The notes under the pieces: generated by a model
Databases searched by the model: none
Told to the model about the DNA's origin: nothing
What the model saw: only the letters and a program-made list of their open reading frames with translations
Origin: Macrostomum lignano
Lineage: Eukaryota
DNA: 64,000 nt
NCBI GenBank assembly: GCA_002269645.1
Contig: NIVC01000029.1
Span: forward strand, 558,001-622,000
Direction of reading: 5' to 3'
Translations under genes and position numbers: made by a program
Shown: piece after piece, positions 48,801 to 64,000 of the stretch
Position numbering within the stretch: the first letter of the stretch is position 1
Layout of the letters: each line of letters starts with the position of its first letter

Positions 48801-51800
48801 GTTTGTGAAGATTAGGGTTCGTGAAGATTCGGGTTTGTGAAGATTAGGGTTCGTGAAGATTAGGGTTCGTGAAGATTAGGGTTCGTGAAGATTAGTGTTC
48901 GTGAAGATTCGGGTTTGTGAAGATTAGGGTTTGTGAAGATTAGGGTTCGTGAAGCTTAGGGTTCGTGAAGATTAGGGTTCGTGAAGATTAGGGTTCGTGA
49001 AGATTAGGGTTTGTGAAGATTAGGGTTTGTGAAGATTAGAGTTCGTGAAGATTAGGGTTTGTGAAGATTAGGGTTTGTGAAGATTAGGGTTCGTGAAGAT
49101 TAGGGTTCGTGAAGATTAGGGTTCGTGAGGATAGTTTGTGAAACTTTTATTAATATTATTGACTAATCTATGCAACACTGCGCACTACTAGTTAGTGGAA
49201 GTCAGTAGTATAATTAAACTGTATACGCTCGTAAAAGCCGTGTTTTTATTGATTTAATAATTTAATAATTCGATTATTACTCCAGCGCCAGAGCTACATG
49301 ATAGCCGCTGGTATAATATCAGCGATCTACCTTATCTGCGGCATATTTGCCATATTCGGGATTAAAGAACGCGTTAAGGACACATTCCGTCAGGACTCAT
49401 TCTTCAAGAATATCCGCTGCGTGCTCACATTCAAGCCCTACCTGTTGCTAATGTTTGCGTTTCTGTTTATGTCGCTTGGAATTCAGGTGAATATTAAAAA
49501 AAACAAATTTAATATATTTTCAAGCATCTACAACAAGCATTATTTTCATTTTCAGATCGTACAAGCCAACTTGGGACTCTATACTACTCACAGCGTAAAG
49601 CTGAGCAGTCACATGAGTTTCGGTATAGTAACCGTATTATCTGTAGCCGTCTTGTTCGTTCCGTTCTGGTACAAAATGGCCGATATGTTTGGCAAGAAGA
49701 AGATTTTCATGTGCGGCCTCATTGTGAGTTTAATTTTCTACCTGGTCATGCGTTTTTGTTTGATTTGATTAGGGGTCGTTTGGTAGTTTAAAATAGCAAG
49801 TTTTATGACTGTGCCTGGCTCAATTGGCATTGGGTAGGGTAAGCCAGTTTTCTGACTGTTGGCTCAATTGGCCTTAGAAAGGCCAGTTTTATGACTATGC
49901 CTGGCTTAATTGGCATTAGATAGGCCAGTTTTATGACTATGCCTGGCTTGATTGGCATTAGATAGGGCAGTTTTATGACTATCTGGCTTAATCGGCATTA
50001 GAAAGGCCAGTTTTATGACTATGCCTGGCTCAATTGGCATTAGAAAGACCAGTTTTATGACTATGCCTGGCTCAATTGGCCTTAGAAAGGCCAGTTTTAT
50101 GACTATGCCTGGCTCAATTGGCATTAGAAAGGCCAGTTTTATGACTATGCCTGGCTTAATCGGCATTAGATAGGCCAGTTTTATGACTATGCCTGGCTCA
50201 ATTGGCATTAGAAAGGCCAGTTTTATGACTATGCCTGGCTCAATTGGTATTAGATAGGCCAGTTTTATGACTATGCCTGGCTTAATCGGCATTAGATAGG
50301 CCAGTTTTATGACTATGCCTGGCTCAATTGGCATTAGAAAGGCCAGTTTTATGACTATGCCTGGCTCAATTGGCATTAGATAGGTCAGTTTTATGACTAT
50401 CTGACTTAATTGGCATTAGATAGGCCAGTTTTATGACTATGCCTGGCTTAATCGGCATTAGATAGGCCAGTTTTATGACTATGCCTGGCTCAATTGGCAT
50501 TAGAAAGGCCAGTTTTATGACTATGCCTGGCTTAATCGGCATTAGATAGGCCAGTTTTATGACTATGCCTGGCTCAATTGGCATTAGAAAGGCCTATTTT
50601 ATGACTATGCCTGGCTCAATTGGCATTAGAAAGGCCAGTTTTATGACTATGCCTGGCTCAATTGGCATTAGAAAGGCCAGTTTTATGACTATGCCTGGCT
50701 CAATTGGCATTAGAAAGACCAGTTTTATGACTATGTCTGGCTTAATTGGCATTAGATAGGCCAGTTTTATGACTATGTCTGGCTTAATTGGCATTAGATA
50801 GGCCAGTTTTATGACTATGCCTGGCTTAATTGGCATTAGATAGGCCAGTTTTATGACTATGCCTGGCTTAATCGGCATTAGATAGGCCAGTTTTATGACT
50901 ATGCCTGGCTCAATTGGCATTAGAAAGGCCAGTTTTATGACTATGCCTGGCTTAATCGGCATTAGATAGGCCAGTTTTATGACTATGCCTGGCTCAATTG
51001 GCATTAGAAAGACCAGTTTTATGACTATGCCTGGCTCAATTGGCATTAGAAAGGCCAGTTTTATGACTATGCCTGGCTTAATCGGCATTAGAAAGGCCAG
51101 TTTTATGACTATGCCTGGCTCAATTGGCATTAGAAAGACCAGTTTTATGACTATGCCTGGCTCAATTGGCATTAGATAGGTCAGTTTTATGACTATCTGA
51201 CTCAATTGGCATTAGAAAGACCAGTTTTATGACTATGCCTGGCTCAATTGGCATTAGAAAGACCAGTTTTATGACTATGCCTGGCTCAATTGGCATTAGA
51301 AAGGCCAGTTTTATGACTATGCCTGGCTTAATCGGCATTAGATAGGCCAGTTTTATGACTATGCCTGGCTTAATTGGCATTAGATAGGCCAGTTTTATGA
51401 CTATGCCTGGCTCAATTGGCATTAGAAAGGCCAGTTTTATGACTATGCCTGGCTCAATTGGCATTAGATAGGCCAGTTTTATGACTATGCCTGGCTCAAT
51501 TGGCATTAGAAAGGCCAGTTTTATGACTATGCCTGGCTTAATTGGCATTAGATAGGCCAGTTTTATGACTATGCCTGGCTCAATTGGCATTAGATAGGCC
51601 AGTTTTATGACTATGCCTGGCTCAATTGGCATTAGAAAGGCCAGTTTTATGACTATGCCTGGCTTAATCGGCATTAGATAGGCCAGTTTTATGACTATGC
51701 CTGGCTCAATTGGCATTAGATAGGCCAGTTTTATGACTATGTCTGGCTTAATTGGCATTAGATAGGCCAGTTTTATGACTATGTCTGGCTTAATTGGCAT

Positions 51801-52569
51801 TAGATAGGCCAGTTTTATGACTATGCTTGGCTTAATTGGCATTAGAAAGGCCAGTTTTATGACTCATTCCTAACATTTTGCCTTATCCCACCACACTCTC
51901 TCCCAGCCAATGTTTCCGTGCCTGCTATTTGCAACCTTCATGCCAGCCGACAGTCTAATTTGCTATTATTCAGTGTGCGCAGTCTCTGGCCTATCAATCT
52001 CCGTTGCTATGCTAATGCCCTGGTCGATGCTACCAGACGTTATTGACGATTACTACGTGAAAAATGGCGAACGTAAAGAATCAGTGTTCTATTCTTTGTA
52101 CGTGTTCTTCACCAAGTTTGCCAGTGGCATCAGCTTAGCCCTGTCCCAGTTGGCCCTGTATGCCAGCGGCTACAACAGTGAGCAGACCTGCGACCAGCCC
52201 GAGTCGGTGGGCTTGGCTCTTCGCTACCTGGTCGGTCCGGGACCCGTAGTGTGCATAGCCATCTCCATGCTGTTAATGTGCTTCTATCCGATCGATAAGG
52301 CCTATCGATTGAAGTTAAATGACGATTTGATAAAAAAATTTGGCGTGTCCGGTATATCTTTCGAACTGTCGAAGACAGCGGCGTCGGAGGAGGTCGAGTC
52401 GGACGAAAATTCCGGTTGCGTCAGTTGCGATATCGATTGCGACAAGGTCAGGCCCAGTCAGATCCCTCCGGCTGAGACAGACAGTGGCGGCAGCGGAGAT
52501 AGCGGGAACGGCAGCGAGACAAAGAGCACCGACTGCCTGCTGTCGCATCGAATATTAACGGCTTCCTGA
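42811..52569 (+). CDS. MFSD2A: MFSD2-family MFS transporter (Na+-dependent lysophospholipid/S1P transporter-like); exons 42811-42909, 46539-46967, 48441-48656, 49286-49486, 49556-49723, 51907-52569
   Basis: Motifs LSVCRKILFG, GRAWDAITDPLVG, GRTKPW, CYHVPY, PWSMLPDVIDDY and FYSLYVFFTKFASGISLA match MFSD2A/B. All five introns are GT-AG phase 0 and keep the frame. The A/B paralog is not resolvable. Confidence 0.9.
43367..46236. mobile_element. 2.87-kb non-autonomous hAT-like element in MFSD2 intron 1 with a nested foldback and MITE
   Basis: Ends CAGGGTTTTTTTTTG.. and ..CGAAAAAAAAACCCAG. Perfect 8-bp TSD TTGGCGCC (43359-43366, 46237-46244). It sits in a 41-bp minisatellite (43225-43366, 46237-46340). 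Internal inverted arms ~44045-44506 / ~45640-46107. Confidence 0.75.
43676..44040. mobile_element. ~365-bp MITE with perfect 23-bp inverted repeats and an AT-rich interior, interrupting the foldback arm
   Basis: CTCCCTAAAACACGCCCCGCACC (43676-43698) vs GGTGCGGGGCGTGTTTTAGGGAG (44018-44040). Confidence 0.6.
47130..47575. repeat. 41-bp minisatellite (CAGATTGGGTGTCAGAGGAGTTTTATGGCGTGTCAGGTGGT) in MFSD2 intron 2; resumes at 48159-48260
   Basis: Tandem array. Confidence 0.92.
47576..48158. mobile_element. 583-bp insertion with imperfect ~30-bp terminal inverted repeats splitting the 41-bp minisatellite
   Basis: CTATAGGAAAAAGTTGTAAAACCGTGGACG vs the reverse complement of CGTCCGCGGGTTTTTAACATTTATTCCATAG. 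Flanks TATGGCGCC / TATGGCGTG. Confidence 0.5.
48670..49130. repeat. 16-bp minisatellite (GAAGATTAGGGTTCGT) in MFSD2 intron 3
   Basis: Tandem array; most units contain TTAGGG. Confidence 0.93.
49805..51865. repeat. 42-bp minisatellite filling MFSD2 intron 5
   Basis: GGCCAGTTTTATGACTATGCCTGGCTCAATTGGCATTAGAAA, seen as a 14-aa periodicity in spurious ORFs. Confidence 0.97.
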
Positions 52570-52734
52570 GTCCCAATTCGATCCCGGAGTCCAGATCCCA
52601 GTTCCGGACTGAAGTTCTTGGATTTTCAAATTAACGAAAAACTACTAATTGTTGTCGATGCGAAATTCCAAACATCCGATCCTTTATCTCCATCACAGAT
52701 TTTGGATCCCAGATTCCCAATCTTGATCTCGAAT

Positions 52735-53560
52735 CCTAGATCCTAGATCCCAAATCGTAGATCCCAAATCCTAGATTCCAAATCCCAGATCTCAAATTCC
52801 AGATCCTAGATTCCAAATCCCAGATCTCAAATTCCAGATCCTAGATTCCAAATTCCAGATCTCAAATTCCAGATCCTAGATTCCAACTCCCAGATCCCAA
52901 ATCCCAGATCCTAGATTCCAAATCCCAGATCTCAAATTCCAGATCCCAGATCTCAAATTCCAGATCCTAGATTCCAAATTCCAGATCTCAAATTCCAGAT
53001 CCTAGATTCCAACTCCCAGATCCCAAATCCCAGATCCTAGATTCCAAATCCCAGATCTCAAATTCCAGATCCCAGATCTCAAATTCCAGATCCTAGATTC
53101 CAAATCCCAGATCTCAAATTCCAGATTCTAGATTCCAAATCCCAGATCTCAAATCCCAGATCCTAGATTCCAAATCCCAGATTTCAAATCCCAGATCCTA
53201 GATTCCAAATCCCAGATCTCAAATTCCAGATCCTAGATTCCAACTCCCAGATCCCAAATTCCAAATCCTAGATTCCAAATCCCAGATCCTAGATTCCAAA
53301 TCCCAGATTTCAAATTCCAGATCCTAGATTCCAAATCCCAGATCTCAAATTCCAGATCCTAGATTCCAAATCCCAGATCCTAGATTCCAAATCCCAGATC
53401 TCAAATTCCAGATTCTAGATTCCAAATCCCAGATTCTAGATTCCAAATCCCAGATCTCAAATCCCAGATCCTAGATTCCAAATCCTAGATCGTAATTCCA
53501 AATCCCAGGTCTTAAATCCCAGATACCAGATCTCTAATCTTAGATACCAGATCCTAGATC
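52735..53560. repeat. Minisatellite of 7-bp subunits (CCAGATC/CTAGATT/CCAAATC) downstream of MFSD2
   Basis: Tandem array. Confidence 0.9.
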
Positions 53561-54254
53561 CCTAATCCTAACCCTAATTCCTAGATACCAGATCCTAGAT
53601 CTCCGACCCCAAATCCCAGATGCTAGGTCCCGAATCATCCCAAAATCTTAGATCCCAAATTTTAAATTAAGACTTCTATGCGCCATATTAAATTACATTT
53701 CGCCGGTTGATTCCACTTAGCTGTAGTGTATAGAACGCCTATACTCTACTGCCCAATACATATTGTGTATATAGTTGCTGAATTTATAAGATTGTTAATT
53801 TATAACGGAATTTATATGGAAAATGGCTAGCCTATTTTTTTCTATTTAATCCAGTAAATATTTGCTTTGCTCACCTGTCTTCTTACTTATCCCTATTTTG
53901 CTTGAATGCATTTTGCTGACAATGCTGTACTAACATGCTGACTGCCCTCTCCTGCTTATTCAGTGTGCCACCTGCTGTTTAGGATTGATTTTTTAAACAT
54001 TTTTTCTTTTTCTTAGTACATCTTCTATTATTCCCAATACTTTGTACGCTTGAAAACTAAACAAAAATCAATCTATACAAATTAACAACTGACAGAGTTA
54101 ATCCGCAGTACTACTCGTAATTTATTATTGAACGTTTAAAAATATCAATATATAAAATAATCAATTCGTTTTTTATAAATTAGTTTATATAAAACAGCTT
54201 CTTTATTAATTTGTTTTTTAGTCTGCATGCAAGAATGCTTCTAGTTATGTTTCC

Positions 54255-55110
54255 CGCTCTCCCGCCCCTATTCCCCGCTCTCTCCACCCCTATTCCCCGC
54301 TCTCTCCACCCCTATTCCCCGCTCTCTCCACCCCTATTCCCCGCTCTCCCCGCCCCTATTCCCCGCTCTCTCCACCCCTATTCCCCGCTCTCTCCGGCCC
54401 TATTCCCCGCTCTCTCCACCCCTATTCCCCGCTCTCTCCACCCCTATTCCCCGCTCTCTCCGGCCCTATTCCCCGCTCTCCCCGCCCCTATTCCCCGCTT
54501 TCCCCGCCCCTATTCCCCGCTCTCTCCGGCCCTATTCCCCGCTCTCTCCGGCCCTATTCCCCGCTCTCCCCGCCCCTATTCCCCGCTCTCTCCACCCCTA
54601 TTCCCCGCTCTCTCCGGCCCTATTCCCCGCTCTCTCCGGCCCTATTCCCCGCTCTCTCCACCCCTATTCCCCGCTCTCCCCGCCCCTATTCCCCGCTCTC
54701 CCCGCCCCTATTCCCCGCTCTCTCCACCCCTATTCCCCGCTCTCTCCGGCCCTATTCCCCGCTCTCCCCGCCCCTATTCCCCGCTTTCCCCGCTCTCTCC
54801 GGCCCTATTCCCCGCTCTCTCCACCCCTATTCCCCGCTCTCCCCGCCCCTATTCCCCGCTCTCTCCACCCCTATTCCCCGCTCTCCGGCCCTATTCCCCG
54901 CTCTCCCCGCCCCTATTCCCCGCTCTCTCCACCCCTATTCCCCGCTCTCCCCGCCCCTATTCCCCGCTCTCTCCACCCCTATTCCCCGCTCTCCCCGCCC
55001 CTATTCCCCACTCTCTCCGCCCCTATTCCCCGCTCTCCCCGCCCCTATTCCCCGCTCTCTCCGGCCCTATTCCCCGCTCTCTCCGGCCCTATTCCCCGCT
55101 CTCTCCGGCC
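54255..55110. repeat. ~22-bp C-rich minisatellite (CCCTATTCCCCGCTCTCTCCAC)
   Basis: Tandem array; the G-rich minus strand has multiple GGG runs per unit. Confidence 0.93.
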
Positions 55111-56189
55111 CCCTATCTTCCGCTTATCACCCCTCATCTCCCGCCCTCTTCTCTCCGCCATCTGCTCTCTCTACCCCTTATTTTCTGTAATCTGCTCTCT
55201 CCTCTCCAAAATCTGCTCTCTCCACCCCTACATCTCCTGCTTTCTCTGAGTCAAACTCATGTAGTCATGTTGCTCAGCTTCAGATTTCCACACCGTATTA
55301 ATTAGAAAAGCAAGGTGTAAGAAATGTACACGTATTTTCAAAATCAATTTGAATTTGTTTGCACCACAACAAACAGATAAACAAAAAAGGTAGATAATAA
55401 TTGTTTACAATTTTATTTATAACTATTTACTTAATTCACGTAAAAAGATACTCAACAAGCAGTAAAATGTAAGCTAGAAAAGTAGCAGTAGCAGCACAAG
55501 TAAATATAGCAACGACTGTACAGACTTAATCAATCAAGCAATGAGAACAAGTAACAGCTTATACAAAATCGACAACATGTAAATTAAAACTAACTGGGAG
55601 ATTAATATGTTTATAAATTGCTGCCTTATAAAAATGCTGCTACGATACCTGCCTCTCAAATCGAATATACATGTATCGTTTCAGTCAGAAGAGTAATTTT
55701 TAAGCAAAATTTACACAATGCAGATGCCAGCTACTTATAGTAGCTGAATGGGACATTTAAATTAAACATTTATTAGTAATAAATAAAATGAATTTGAATG
55801 ACTAAAACAAAAAAGACAAATTTGGACACCGAGTGCGGAAATAACTGCATCAAAAAGGGATATAAAAATAATTACAAGACAGTACAAGTAGTATTATCAT
55901 TAGTAGTATGATAGTGTCATCATTATTGAGCCGAGTTGAGCAAAAGTGAAACTCGCATCCTTATTTCAATTCAGCGCTGGATCCAATCCAACCAGTTTGT
56001 GACAATCGAATCGTTCCTTAAATATCCTAAAACCTTACCCTAGATACCCGCATAATTACATTATAATATAATTACAAAACTTTCGTCTCTTAATGGATAA
56101 AAAGTCTTACAAAGATACCTGCGAATCTCACCCCAGACATCTACAAAATCTAACGCTAGACTAGACATTTACAAAATGCTATCTCAGAG

Positions 56190-56690
56190 ACAGACAAAAT
56201 CTCACCCTAGACACAGACAAAACCTCATCTTCGAGACAGACTAAATGTTTACCCTAGAAACAGACAAAATCTCACCCCAAAGATACAGACAAAATCTCAC
56301 CCTAAGAACAGAGAAAATCTTACCCTAGAGACAGACAAAATCTCACCCTAGAGACACAGACAAAATCTCACCCTAGAGAGACAGACAAAATCTCACCCTA
56401 GAGACAGACAAAATCTCACCCTAGAGACAGACAAAATCTCACCCTAGAGACAAACAAAATCTCACCCTAGAGACAGACAAAATCTCACCCTAGAGACAGA
56501 CAAAATCTCACCTTACAGACAAACGAAATCTCACACTAGACAGACCAAATTCCACCCTAGAGACAAAATCTACAATAGAGACAGACAAAAAGTACCTTAA
56601 GAACAGAAAATCTCACCTTAGACACAAAATCTCACTCTAGAGGCAGACAAAATCTCATCGTAGAGACAAACAAAATCTCAATCCAGATAC
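56190..56690. repeat. 23-bp minisatellite (CAGACAAAATCTCACCCTAGAGA)
   Basis: Tandem array just 3' of the KAT2 stop codon. Confidence 0.88.
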
Positions 56691-56726
56691 CCGCAAACTC
56701 TGTCGCAATTCGAATCCCAGCGCGCA

Positions 56727-63910
<7,184 letters not shown>

Positions 63911-64000
63911 CTGAAAAAACAAATAATAATTGTTTTTATTGTTGAATATAAATAATAATACAAGCATCAAGTCAAAATGAATACATTTCGATCTAAAAAT

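Noticed and set aside
49906-51842. MPIEPGIVIKLA repeat proteins
   Set aside because: These come from the intronic 42-bp minisatellite of MFSD2.
54211-55305. 364-aa proline-rich (extensin-like) ORF
   Set aside because: It is the translation of a C-rich minisatellite, starts at TTG and has no splice support.

Overview
Eukaryotic (metazoan, invertebrate-type) genomic DNA with spliceosomal introns and heavy tandem-repeat content. Minisatellite-filled introns and Ala/Gly/Ser/Gln runs in exons recall Macrostomum-like flatworms, but this is only an impression. The left 39 kb is dominated by two copies of a tyrosine-recombinase (CryptonV-like) DNA element in tail-to-tail orientation. Copy A (+, from upstream of ~895 to ~9125) has an apparently intact recombinase. 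By splice-phase analysis it is fused in frame, through four tandemly duplicated 225-bp exons, to a DBF4-like gene (BRCT, motif M, DBF4 zinc finger). Copy B (-, ~20879-39143) is an 18-kb non-autonomous derivative inserted in a (CAGA)n microsatellite, and its single intron is a 15.5-kb higher-order satellite. The monomers of that satellite carry a motif resembling the element's own termini. Between the copies lie an orphan SAM-like exon, a tRNA-derived SINE, a TRP-channel-like pseudogene and a secreted prepropeptide-like ORF. The right part holds a six-exon MFSD2-like MFS transporter gene (+, 42811-52569) and the 3' seven exons of a convergent GCN5/PCAF (KAT2) gene (-, 56727-63910), plus several MITE/hAT-type insertions. 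All calls come from reading motifs by eye; no database searches were run.
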